Assembly (NCBI GenBank): GCA_963741205.1
Contig: CAVUHW010000026.1
Location: forward strand, 96,001-160,000
Length of the DNA: 64,000 nucleotides
DNA from: Nitrospirota bacterium
GTDB lineage: Bacteria > Nitrospirota > UBA9217
Reading direction: 5' to 3'
Below are positions 1 through 14,253 of this stretch, one piece after another. The translations under genes were made by a program, and so were the position numbers. Below the pieces are notes generated by a model that was not told the origin of the DNA, made no database searches, and saw only the letters and a program-made list of their open reading frames with translations. Within the stretch, counting starts at the first letter, position 1. Every line of letters starts with the position of its first letter.

Positions 1-180
1 GCTCCTTTTCAAGATGTAATAGATATCGGAACGGTCTTTTTTCCCGGAAGATTTTACGCGGGGCAGGCGCGGTAAAGACGTCACCGGCTGGTGGAGCCCC
101 TTCAGGGTGATGGAGGCCCCATTTGATAGAGCGACGTTCCGCAACAGCTCCCGCCTAAAAGTCGGAACTGCGTCCGCGGG

Positions 181-1131
181 TCAGGCCGTTTCGAGCCGGT
201 TGCGGCCCCGGCCCTTTGCCAGGTACAAAGCGTCGTCTACGCGCTGAATGAAGCGGTCTCCGCTTTCATCGAGCAGAAACTGGCCCACGCCGAAGCTGCA
301 TGTCACGCTTATGCCTCCGGGGAATTGGTGCTGTTCGATAATAAGCCGCAGCTTCTCGGCAAATATCCGGGCGTTCTCCAGCGCGGAATTCTTCACCATG
401 ATCATGAACTCCTCGCCGCCCCACCTCGCGAACAAGTCATGGAACCTGATGTTTTTTGAGACCAACTCGGCAATTCCGACCAGAACGCCGTCGCCGGCAA
501 GATGGCCGTAGGTGTCGTTGATGCCTTTGAAGTGGTCGATATCGAACATAATAAGTGAAAGGGGAAGCGCATACCGCCGCGACCGGCTGATCTCGGTGCT
601 CAGCGTGTCTCCAAACTTGAGCCGGTTGGAGATGCCGGTGAGGTGGTCGGTAGTGGCCTGGTGCACCAGGAGCTCGTTCAGCCTCTTCAACTCATCGGAG
701 ACATCCCGCCGGGCGCTTTCCGCTCGTTTCAGTTCAGTGAGAAGTTTATTTCGTTCGATCGCATGGCGAATTGCTCGCTGCAGCAGACTTCCATCGACCC
801 TGCCCTTTACAAGAAAATCCTGCGCCCCTTTTTGAACGGCCTCGACGGCAACATCATCGTCGTCATGGCCGGTCAGCACGATGACCGGGATGTGGGGCAC
901 AAGCTCATGCACCATGTCGAAGCAGCTGAGACCGCAGCCGTCCGGCAGACTGAGGTCAAGAAGCACGATATCGACGCCGCCCACACTCAGGAGGTCGAGG
1001 CCTGACCGGATCTGGTCAACATGGTTCACCTCGTACGGAATCTTCCCGGCGCTGGACAGATAACGTCGAATGAGAAGGGCGTCGTTGGCATCATCTTCGA
1101 TGAGCAGAACTGCAATAGACTCGGTATTCAT
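181..1131 (-). CDS. Response-regulator diguanylate cyclase (REC-GGDEF)
   Basis: REC domain (LLIEDD...LLDLSLPD...FLVKG) plus GGDEF domain with RWGGEEF and an RxxD I-site (RFHD). Start set at ATG 1131 (MNTES); the ORF extends to GTG 1221. Confidence 0.93.
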   Translation of the reverse strand: MNTESIAVLLIEDDANDALLIRRYLSSAGKIPYEVNHVDQIRSGLDLLSVGGVDIVLLDLSLPDGCGLSCFDMVHELVPHIPVIVLTGHDDDDVAVEAVQKGAQDFLVKGRVDGSLLQRAIRHAIERNKLLTELKRAESARRDVSDELKRLNELLVHQATTDHLTGISNRLKFGDTLSTEISRSRRYALPLSLIMFDIDHFKGINDTYGHLAGDGVLVGIAELVSKNIRFHDLFARWGGEEFMIMVKNSALENARIFAEKLRLIIEQHQFPGGISVTCSFGVGQFLLDESGDRFIQRVDDALYLAKGRGRNRLETA

Positions 1132-1460
1132 ATATGTTTTTCCGACTCTGAGGCCGCAACTGTCAGACCCCGGCCTCGATCCTCGATGATTGATGTTCGT
1201 GCGGTCTGTGGCATGAGGCACAGAGGTTGCCTCTTGTTCCGGAGGGGCTCTGCAAGGATTAGAATAAATGTATCATAAGCGGGTAGGAATGGCAAGAAAA
1301 CGGAACAGCGGCGGAGAAGGGCTCGATCACCGCCGGTGAGCTACGGGAAAACGAGGAAGACGAGGGGCGCAACATCTACGCGTTCTGTGAAGGCTTTTGG
1401 GTTACGGGATGATGACGGGGAAAAGAGGGACTGCCGCGCTGGGATAACGAGTCCGGAGAA

Positions 1461-1646
1461 TCAACCGCGCCGCTTCGCCAGCCACTCCTTGAGTCGGGGA
1501 CACTTCATTTTTTTCCTGTTTCCTTCACAGTCACCGCAGATGGTCATGTCCTGACTGCAAGGGGTGAAACCGGCGAATTCAATCGGCTGAGAATCTTTCC
1601 TAGCCTTCGCTTGTCGCGCTTTATGCATGCTGGCGATGTTTGACAT
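1461..1646 (-). CDS. Small hypothetical Cys-rich protein (61 aa)
   Basis: ATG-started ORF with C-x6-C-x2-C-x8-C in an otherwise empty gap; no clear SD sequence. Confidence 0.45.
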   Translation of the reverse strand: MSNIASMHKARQAKARKDSQPIEFAGFTPCSQDMTICGDCEGNRKKMKCPRLKEWLAKRRG

Positions 1647-1682
1647 GGTTCAAGTTCTTAGTATGAATTAACAATAGGACGA

Positions 1683-1764
1683 TGTCATTCCCGCAATGTT
1701 TCTGGGCGGGAATCCATTTTATAATTGCACAATGGATCCCCTATAGAGGCATTCGGGGATGACA
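1683..1764. repeat. REP-like palindromic element (TGTCATTCCCGC...GGGAATCC / GGATCCCC...GGGGATGACA)
   Basis: Two inverted hairpin units bounded by TGTCA/TGACA; same family at 4218, 51957, 60113 and 62081. Confidence 0.85.
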
Positions 1765-1856
1765 AACTAGTTTGTACTTGATTGTTTGTAAATACAGCTA
1801 TGAGACGGTTAATAACGCCGTAAAGCGCCCGTTCCTTCAGGACAGATCCCTTTTTA

Positions 1857-1884
1857 TTCCGCAAGCCGCAATCCGCATTCCAAA
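1857..1884. repeat. Heptamer tandem repeat (TTCCGCA AGCCGCA ATCCGCA TTCCAAA)
   Basis: 7-nt periodicity directly after the guaB stop codon. Confidence 0.7.
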
Positions 1885-1888
1885 ATTG

Positions 1889-3361
<1,473 letters not shown>

Positions 3362-3550
3362 TTAGTAACGTTATTACGACAGATGATGAAAAGCAGGCGC
3401 TTCTCAGCGATACGGATGATCACGGTTTATTCAGGAGAGAAGCCTTGCTTTCCCGTTTTTCTTAACTGGGTCCATCCGCGTTTGTCTGCGGTCTCCTTAT
3501 GAAGTCTTTAACTTTACCACACCCGGGCATAAACCTCAAGGGAAACCGGA

Positions 3551-4189
3551 TCATTCAAATCCCGATGACTCGTTCAAAAACGGGTTCTCTCTTTTCTCGT
3601 CGCCAATCGTCGAGGCCGGTCCGTGACCTGAAAAAACCTTGGTGTCGTCCGGCAGCGTCATAAGGTTCTCCTTGATGGAGCGAAGAAGGGTCCTCAGGTC
3701 TCCACCCGGGAAGTCCGTCCTGCCGATCGAACCGGCGAACAGGGCATCGCCGGTGAAGACCATCCCTTCCTCGAGCAGGCTGATGCCGCCCGGCGTGTGG
3801 CCGGGCGTATGCAGGACGGTCAGTGAGACCTCGCCCGCAACGATGCTGTCGCCGTGTTTCAGCAGTCGATCGGGAGGCGGAGACAATACCGGACTCATGC
3901 CGAACGACCGGGCCTGCCTCGATACCGTGTCGAGCACGGGCGCGTCCGCCTCGTGGAGCAGCAGATCCGCCCCTGTGGCGTCCTTGACGGCCTTGTTCGC
4001 GCCAACGTGATCGAAATGCGCGTGGGTGTTTATGATGTACTTGACCCTGAGCCCCTTGTCTTGGATGACCTTCAGGATGTCCCGTGCGTCGTCACCGGGG
4101 TCGATGACGACCGCCTCCTTGGTCTTCTCGTCAGCCAGGATGAAACAGTTTACCTGGAGAGGACCGACTATGAGCCTGATCAAAAGCAT
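3551..4189 (-). CDS. MBL-fold metallo-hydrolase (glyoxalase II/YcbL-like)
   Basis: THAHFDH, HTPGHTPG, GDALF, GRTD and SGHG motifs. Confidence 0.95.
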   Translation of the reverse strand: MLLIRLIVGPLQVNCFILADEKTKEAVVIDPGDDARDILKVIQDKGLRVKYIINTHAHFDHVGANKAVKDATGADLLLHEADAPVLDTVSRQARSFGMSPVLSPPPDRLLKHGDSIVAGEVSLTVLHTPGHTPGGISLLEEGMVFTGDALFAGSIGRTDFPGGDLRTLLRSIKENLMTLPDDTKVFSGHGPASTIGDEKRENPFLNESSGFE

Positions 4190-4217
4190 ACCTAATTCCC
4201 TGCTCCCTGCTTTTTTA

Positions 4218-4310
4218 TGTCATTCCCGCGACGAATCGGGAATCCGGTGCTTTCGAATCATAATCGTTCGAAAAGCCAATCGGGATACCCGCTGATTCGC
4301 GGGTATGACA
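4218..4310. repeat. REP-like palindromic element
   Basis: TGTCATTCCCGCGACGAATCGGGAATCC ... GGATACCCGCTGATTCGCGGGTATGACA. Confidence 0.88.
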
Positions 4311-4332
4311 GTATGATTTTAAAGGTACTTGT

Positions 4333-4854
4333 TCAGCTAAAGTTTCTGCTTCCCGCCTCCAGGTCCAGCAGATTCTTTTTCATTCCGATCCCGCCCGAGA
4401 ACCCGCCCAGCGCGCCTGCTGAGCCGATCACCCGGTGTCAGGGGATGATGAGGGGGACGGGATTGGCCCCGAGCGCGTTACCCACGGCGCGCATGGCCCG
4501 CGGGTTTTTGATCCTCTTCGCGATCCAGGCGTAGGACCGCGTTTCTCCGTAGGGGATCTCCGCCGCCGCACGCCAGACAGCCTGCTGAAAGGGCGTATGA
4601 TAACGCAGATCGAGCGGGAGATCAAATGAAACGCGCTCGCCGAGGACGTATTTCCCAAGCAGCTTGACCGCTTTTCGAAGGATGGGCGGCGTTTGAGCAA
4701 ACTTTTCCGGACTCCGAGCTCCGCACTCATCACCGTTGAGTTCCTTCTCAACTGCATTCTTATTCTTCTTCGGCAGCACGATCCTGCATATCCCGCGTTC
4801 CGACGCGGCTACACCCGCCCAACCAAGGGGAGTATGAAAAATCGCCTTTCCCAT
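4333..4854 (-). CDS. ogt: Methylated-DNA-[protein]-cysteine S-methyltransferase, probable selenoprotein (in-frame TGA at the catalytic position)
   Basis: TPFQQAVW...IPYGETRSY...[36 protein letters not shown]...KKNLLDLE. Homology continues in frame past TGA 4438-4440 to the stop at 4333. Confidence 0.9.
4405..4424 (-). promoter_or_regulatory. Candidate bacterial SECIS hairpin
   Basis: mRNA GCUCAGC-AGGCGC-GCUGGGC: a 7-bp stem with a G-containing apical loop starting about 20 nt after the UGA. Confidence 0.6.
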
Positions 4855-4855
4855 G

Positions 4856-6473
4856 CTAATCTCCCTCCCCTCCTCGCCCCGTCGCCTCGTCACCCCGTCG
4901 GTTCTTCCTCCTCCGCGCCATCCCCCACACGAACTTGAGCTCTTCACTCTTCAAAAGCCACATCACGACGATATAGAATAAAACGCTGACGGTCATCCCG
5001 CCGGCGAGCAGTTCAGCCTTCAGGACCGAGTGTCCGCCCAGCTCCCAGACCGGCTGCCGGCTGACCCACCATCCAATCATTCCCATGGCAAGTGACGCAG
5101 GCACGATCTTGAGGAGTGAAGCGAAAATCCTCTTCCCGTCCATCCTGCCGATCTTCTTCCTGAGCTGCCAGGTGAGCAGGCTGATATTGAGCGTCGCCGC
5201 AAGAGACGTAGCTAGGGCCAACCCGCCGTGGTTAAGCGGTGTCCATGAAATGAAAGCTGCGCTGAAGGTGATGTTCGAAAAAAGCGCCAGGACAGCGATC
5301 TTGACCGGCGTCCTGGTGTCCTGAAGCGCGTAGAACGCCTGAGCAACGATTCTTACGCCGGCCATGGCCCAGAGCCCTACGGCATAGTACAGGAGAGCTG
5401 TCGCCACGCCTTGCGTGGAGATGCGGTCGAACTGTCCGTGTTCCAGGAGAAGGTTCACGATCGGGATACGCAGTGTGATCAAGCCGGCCATGGCCGGGAA
5501 CATGATGAAAAACACAAGCCTGAGGCCGAATGACAAGGTCTCGCGAAATTCCTCCTTTTCGTTTTTCGCCGCCTGAGCCGACATGGTCGGAAGTATGGCC
5601 GTTGCGATGGCAATGCCGAAAATGCCGAGCGGAAAGTGGATGAACCGCATGCCGTAGAACAGGTAGCTGATGCTCCCCGTGGCGAGGAACGACGCGAAAA
5701 TGGTGCCGATGAAGATATTGAACTGGTTGACCGAAGAACTAAAAAAGACGGGCGCCGCAAGACGCGCTATCTTCCCCACGCCGGGATGGCTCGGGCTGAA
5801 CTTCAGTTCCAGCATCATCCCCTGCTTCTTGAGCCCCGGCAGCTGAATCAGGAACTGGAACATACCGCCCAGCACCACGCCGACGGCGACGCCGAGTATC
5901 GGTTGCGACATGAACCGTATACTCAGGACCACGGCGGTGATGGTCATGATGTTGAGCATGACCGGCGAGAGCGCCGGAGCGAGGAATTGACGGAGGGAGT
6001 TCAACATGCCCATGGCCAGCGCGGCCAGGCCGATGAACAGGAGGTACGGGAACATATACCGCGTGAGCGTCACGCCCAGGATATATTTGTCGTGCTGGGC
6101 GTTGCGCACCCAGCCTGCGGCGATGATTTTGACTACCGTAGGGCGCGAAGATGACGCCGAGAACGGTCAGGACGACGAGGACCACAAGAAAGCGCGCGAA
6201 AACCGCATTGGCCAGGACGCGGGCGCTCTCCCTCGATTCCTTCGTCAGCGTCTCGGTGAACACGGGAATAAAGGCCGCCGACATGGAGCCTTCCGCCAAA
6301 AGCTCGCGCAGGAGGTTCGGGATCCGGTAAGCCACGTAGAACGCGTCGGCTGCCAGGCCCGTGCCAAAGGCCCAGGACATGACCATGTCGCGGACGTAGC
6401 CCATGACGCGGCTGGCGAGGGTGGCAAGGCCGACGACGCCCGCCGCCTTTGCGACCTTCACTTTTTCAGACAT
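4856..6473 (-). CDS. murJ: Lipid II flippase MurJ (one frameshift near 6137)
   Basis: ATLASRVMGYVRD...AYRIPNLLRELLAEG in one frame, continuing in another frame with FIHFPLGIFG and AFYALQDTRTP. Confidence 0.95.
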
Positions 6474-6550
6474 TCCGAAGCACCTCGGGAAACCGGGAAA
6501 GTAAGTGGCATTTTATCAGGAAACGGCCGGCTGTGAAAAGGTTTTTTTTC

Positions 6551-6580
6551 TTGACACCCAGCGGTTCTTTGTGTTAAAAG
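6551..6580 (+). promoter_or_regulatory. Putative sigma70 promoter of rpsT
   Basis: TTGACA at 6551, then TG-n-TAAAAG at about 6572-6580; SD AAGGAGG before GTG 6615. Confidence 0.5.
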
Positions 6581-6614
6581 AATAAGCTGTTTTTAACCCC
6601 AAAGGAGGCAGGAA

Positions 6615-6884
6615 GTGGCAATTCATAAATCAGTGATTAAGAGGCAAAAGCAGGCCGACAAGAAGCATCTCGTCAATAAGTCCGTCATATCAGCGCTCAA
6701 GACCTTCGCGAAGAAGGTCGAACAGGCCGCAGAGGCCAAGAACAGCGATGCCGCCAAGGAAGCTTTGGTCAAGGCGATGAAGGCCTATGACAAGGCCGCT
6801 TCTCAGGGGGTCCTCCACAAGAGCACCGCGTCCCGTAAAATCTCCCGTCTTTCCGCCAAGGTCCGCAAGATCACCGCGGCGTAG
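6615..6884 (+). CDS. rpsT: 30S ribosomal protein S20
   Basis: MAIHKSVIKR...DKAASQGVLHKSTASRKISRL. Confidence 0.96.
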   Translation: MAIHKSVIKRQKQADKKHLVNKSVISALKTFAKKVEQAAEAKNSDAAKEALVKAMKAYDKAASQGVLHKSTASRKISRLSAKVRKITAA

Positions 6885-6995
6885 AAACAGGAATGAAAAA
6901 ACCGAAAACCGGGGAACTGGTGAGGGAAAAACCTCCCCTCTTCCCCGTTTCATGTTCCACTCCCCGATCATAAATCCGCGCTCAGTATTACGAGA

Positions 6996-7998
6996 TTACG
7001 AGTCCCCGCACAACGTAAGGATCATCCGTTCCAGTACCAGCCTTCCCTTCAAGCCGCTCGATTTAAGCGCCCGGTCAGCCGACAACATGACGCGAAAGGC
7101 TTCGCGCAGTTCATCCATCGTGTAATGCTTCATCTGGTCCTTGAACAAGCCCGTCTGATGAAAGATCACCCGGAGTTTCTTCATGATTTCGTCCGGCCTC
7201 ATGCCCGCCGCCTCCATGGCCTTTGCCTGGAGGAGCCTCCGGAAGTTCCAGGCGATTGAACCCAAAAGGCCGACAGGCGCCTCCCCTTCCTGCAGCAGCC
7301 TGGCCAGGATCAGGAACGCCTTTTCGGCCTTCTTCTGGCCCAGGGCCGCCGCAAGGTCAAAGGAGCTGTACTCCCTGAAGTCGCCGACCACGGCCTTCAC
7401 ATCGTCAAAGACGATCGATTTTCTCTCCTTGAGGTAAATCTCGACCTTCCGGAGTTCATTGACGATCTTCTGGAGATCGTTGCCGATGGTTTGCCAGAGA
7501 TATTGCGCGGCGTCTCGCTGGATGGACAGGCCCCGGGTCCGGGTCCATCCTTCTATCCATCCGACGATCTCCCGGTCCAGGAGCGGATAGAACCGGACAA
7601 CGGCCCCGTTGGCCTCTACGGCGGAAAGAACGGACTTCTTTTCAAACTTCCCCTGCCCGGAGACCATCACCAAACAGGTGCTCGGTGATGGGTCGTGGAG
7701 ATAGGGAACGAGCGCCTCGATTTCCGCTGCCTTGAACGCATCGATCTCCCTGGCGATCACAAGCCGCTTCTCGGACATGAACGGAAGGGTCTCTGCGAGG
7801 TTCACGATCTCCGATGCCGGGGTATCGCGGCAGTAGACGACTGTTGAAATTGAAGTCCCTGGCGCCGGGATCGACGACCGTCTCGATAATAAGGTCGAGC
7901 GCTTCCTGGATCAGGAACTCTTCCTCTCCGTATAGCAGGTAGAGGGGGAGGATCTTGCGCTGCTTGAGGCTTGCTATGAGGTCCTGGTGTTTGAGCAT
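6996..7998 (-). CDS. holA: DNA polymerase III delta subunit (frameshift near 7843)
   Basis: LYLLYGEEEFL...DFNF then LAETLPFMSEKRLV, C-terminal ADRALKSS...LERMIL; in leuS-lptE-holA synteny. Confidence 0.93.
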
Positions 7999-8024
7999 GA
8001 GGTTTTATATCGATGGGCTTTACT

Positions 8025-8096
8025 GCATAGCGCAGAGCGCATGGCGCATAGCGTTACTTCTTTTTTACCCTATGCTCTATGCGCCATGCCCTATGC
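8025..8096. repeat. Inverted pair of heptamer arrays (GCATAGC-type / CTATGC-type)
   Basis: GCATAGC GCAGAGC GCATGGC GCATAGC ... CCTATGC TCTATGC GCCATGC CCTATGC can form a long hairpin. Confidence 0.85.
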
Positions 8097-8101
8097 TTAT
8101 T

Positions 8102-8689
8102 TTAAAATCCTTCCAATACCCTGCTCCGGAGCGTGGAAGCAAGGCTTTTGCACGCGCTCTTAATGGCCACGTCTTTCGCTATCTTCGTCTGCGTAATATC
8201 CCCCAGGGACACGGCATAGACGGAATTGAAGATCGATCCGACACCTTGATCCTGCAAGAGCACCTTCTGTGTTTTGGCATCGATGATGGTCAGTCTCACG
8301 CCGATGGTTATATTGTACGACTGGACATAGGAATTCACCGAATACGATGTCGGGGTAATTTCGAACCTGGTCACACTGCCTTTGAGAATAATATCAGCCG
8401 CCTCAGGGCTGACGACCTGCAGCCTGCCGTCGGTGAGAAACTCGTCGACAACGGCCTGGGTAACCTCACTGTCGATAAAAGGCTCGAAGGTTCCATTGAT
8501 AAATACAGGGATGGCGATCGTTTTCGCAGTCGCGGGCACGATCCCGCCTACGGGGGTAAAATGATAGCCACAGGAGGTAAGCAGCAGGAGCAGGAGCAGC
8601 ACAACACCATGGGACGATGGTTGATCGCTGGATTTGCTCGCTTTGTTAAATGTTCCCGCGTTCCATATTTTGCTTCCCGTGTCCTTCAT
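8102..8689 (-). CDS. lptE: LPS assembly lipoprotein LptE
   Basis: Lipobox LLLTSC-GYH, TIAIPVFIN; lies between leuS and holA. True start uncertain. Confidence 0.85.
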   Translation of the reverse strand: MKDTGSKIWNAGTFNKASKSSDQPSSHGVVLLLLLLLTSCGYHFTPVGGIVPATAKTIAIPVFINGTFEPFIDSEVTQAVVDEFLTDGRLQVVSPEAADIILKGSVTRFEITPTSYSVNSYVQSYNITIGVRLTIIDAKTQKVLLQDQGVGSIFNSVYAVSLGDITQTKIAKDVAIKSACKSLASTLRSRVLEGF

Positions 8690-8716
8690 CCCCCGTCCCT
8701 CTTCCCCCGCCGCACC

Positions 8717-11917
<3,201 letters not shown>

Positions 11918-12017
11918 GCCCTCTTTCGCGGATCCGGATGAGTCAGATACTCCGACACCTGGGAACGGGTATTAAATTCGCTCCCGTGCACTCCAAACTT
12001 CAAACTCCGCACTCGCA

Positions 12018-12543
12018 TCACTCTCTGACCCATCCGGGATAAGCATCAGCCCTGCGCGCTTGTTCAGGCAGGTCCACTTCGAGCCTGCGCCTGGTCCCTG
12101 CGATATCCTTTTCAAGCTTCTGCTTCTTCCTTTCGAGGCTCTGGTGGGATTTTTTCTTTTTGCCGGTCAACTTCTCGGGCCTCTGGTCCTGGTCATTCAG
12201 TTCCTTGAGAACAAGATTATATTCGTCCTGCTGGTCCCTGAGTTTAAGCCGCAGGTTTGCGGCCTGCTTGCGCCAATACTCTTCACCCCTGCCGTTCTTG
12301 TCCTTGTGTTCTCCGTGAAAGACCGCGGGGTTTGCCGGCTGCGACCGGCTTATCCCCGACACTCACCCTCGATTCATCGGGTTTTATCGTCTGCACGCTG
12401 CTCCGGTACTCCTGCGGGACCTTTTCCGGTTCGTTCGTAAAAAATTCCTTCCCGTCCTTGTCCACCCACCGGTAAAAATCGGCATGAGCAACCGCTGTCG
12501 CGAAAAAGAACATGCCTATTGCTAGAACGATGTATCTTCGCAT
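12018..12543 (-). CDS. DUF4124-type exported protein (frameshift near 12335)
   Basis: Signal peptide ending AHA-DFYRWVDKDG...FTN; coiled coil with EEYWR and a C-terminal ARRADAYPGWVRE. Confidence 0.8.
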
Positions 12544-12717
12544 GGAGTCCTCCCAGTAGCCTTTGACGAGGAAAAATAACACAAACAGAAGGTGTGTGCA
12601 AGGTTTTTTCTTGAATTGCCGTGCATAATAATGCTATAAGAGTATGATAAATTCTTGGTTCGCATCCAAACATATTGAGAATTATTACATTCCACTTTCG
12701 AGGTTGATTCAATCGCC

Positions 12718-14079
12718 ATGCCGAAACCAATCGTTGCCATTGTGGGCCGTCCGAATGTCGGGAAATCCACGCTCTTTAACCGGATCATCGGCAGAAACTT
12801 CGCCATTGTCGAGGATATGCCCGGTGTCACCCGCGACCGCAACTACGCCGAAGCAGCGTGGGAGGAAAAACATTTCCTTCTCGTCGACACCGGCGGCTTC
12901 GAGCCGGAGACCGAGGACCCCATGTACCTGAAGATGCGGGATCAGACCACGCTCGCCGTGGAGGAAGCGGACTTCATCATCTTCCTCATGGACGGCAAGC
13001 AGGGCCTTCTGCCGTCCGACATCGAGGTGTCGCATCGTCTTCGGGCTTCGGGGAAACCCGTGATCTACGCGGTAAACAAGGTTGATGGGGCCCGGCACGA
13101 AGAGCTCATTCCCGACTTCTACCGCCTCGGCATTGACACCTTTTTCCCCCTTTCGGCCCGCCATGGCGCCGGCTTTTCCGACCTCATGGACGAACTCTGG
13201 CGCATGCTTCCCGCGACCGCTACCGGTGGAGAGCAGGAGGAGAAGGTCAGTATTCCCCGTGTCGCGGTCCTCGGACGGCCGAATGTGGGGAAATCATCCT
13301 TCGTGAATTCTCTCATCGGCGAGGACCGCATGATCGTGAGTCCCACTGCTGGTACGACCAGGGACGCGGTGGACAGCGAATACCGGTACTATGGAAGAAA
13401 GTATATCCTCGTCGATACAGCCGGCATCCGAAGCCGCGGCAGAATCGGCCAGGGAGTTGAAAAATACAGCGTCATGAGGGCCATGAAGGGCCTCTCGCGC
13501 GCAGACGTGGCTCTTGTACTCATCGACGCCGCCGAAGGAGTCACCGAACAGGACGAGCGGATCGCGGGCCTGGTGAATGAGGCGGGGAAGGGTCTCATTC
13601 TCATCCTGAACAAATGGGATTTGGTCCCGGACAAGGAAGAAGCTTACAAAAGGTATATAGCGGATATTCAGCAGCGCCTCAAATTCGCCGACTATGCGCC
13701 GGTACTGACCATCTCCGCCGTGACGCGCCAACGCATAACCAAGGTCTTTGATGAAATAGATTCTGTCATCAAAGAGACCGAGAAGCGCGTGCCTACGGCG
13801 GAATTGAATCGCGTTTTCGAGAAGCTGACCGCGGCCCACGAGCCCCCTCTCTACCGCGGGAGACGGGTAAAATATTACTACCTTACGCAAGTCGGGATAA
13901 AACCTCCCACCTTCATCGCCTTCGTCAACTACCCCGATGGCGTGCATTTCTCCTACCTCCGTTATATCGAGAATAAGCTTAGGGAAGCTTTTGGATTTAG
14001 CGGCACGCCAGTGCGCTTATACACTAAGAGACGACGAGAGGAACGTTCAAGGGGAGAAAACAAGGGACACAAAAAATAA
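12718..14079 (+). CDS. der: Ribosome biogenesis GTPase Der/EngA
   Basis: Two G domains (GRPNVGKS twice, DTGG/DTAG, NKVD/NKWD) and a KH-like C-terminus. Confidence 0.98.
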   Translation: MPKPIVAIVGRPNVGKSTLFNRIIGRNFAIVEDMPGVTRDRNYAEAAWEEKHFLLVDTGGFEPETEDPMYLKMRDQTTLAVEEADFIIFLMDGKQGLLPSDIEVSHRLRASGKPVIYAVNKVDGARHEELIPDFYRLGIDTFFPLSARHGAGFSDLMDELWRMLPATATGGEQEEKVSIPRVAVLGRPNVGKSSFVNSLIGEDRMIVSPTAGTTRDAVDSEYRYYGRKYILVDTAGIRSRGRIGQGVEKYSVMRAMKGLSRADVALVLIDAAEGVTEQDERIAGLVNEAGKGLILILNKWDLVPDKEEAYKRYIADIQQRLKFADYAPVLTISAVTRQRITKVFDEIDSVIKETEKRVPTAELNRVFEKLTAAHEPPLYRGRRVKYYYLTQVGIKPPTFIAFVNYPDGVHFSYLRYIENKLREAFGFSGTPVRLYTKRRREERSRGENKGHKK

Positions 14080-14080
14080 G

Positions 14081-14109
14081 TTGACGTTTTTTTTCACAAA
14101 TAGTATCAT
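14081..14109 (+). promoter_or_regulatory. Putative sigma70 promoter for the RRM protein-rpsU pair
   Basis: TTGACG-17 nt-TATCAT. Confidence 0.65.
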
Positions 14110-14151
14110 TGATATGTAAAAGAAATAAGAAGTGAGTTTTTGTTCATTCCC

Positions 14152-14192
14152 GGACTGCAAAAACTAGAAAGTAGTTTGCAGTCCTTTTTTTT
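14152..14192 (+). terminator. Intrinsic terminator-like hairpin
   Basis: GGACTGCAAA...TTTGCAGTCC followed by T8. Confidence 0.8.
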
Positions 14193-14253
14193 AGCTGAAG
14201 TGGGACGGATCGTCCATTTTTGAAAACAAACAGTCACCTTAACGGAGGAGAAC

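Noticed and set aside
1-180. Structured RNA in the leader of an off-window minus-strand gene
   Set aside because: An SD-like AAGGAG lies at the window edge, but no known riboswitch consensus could be recognised.
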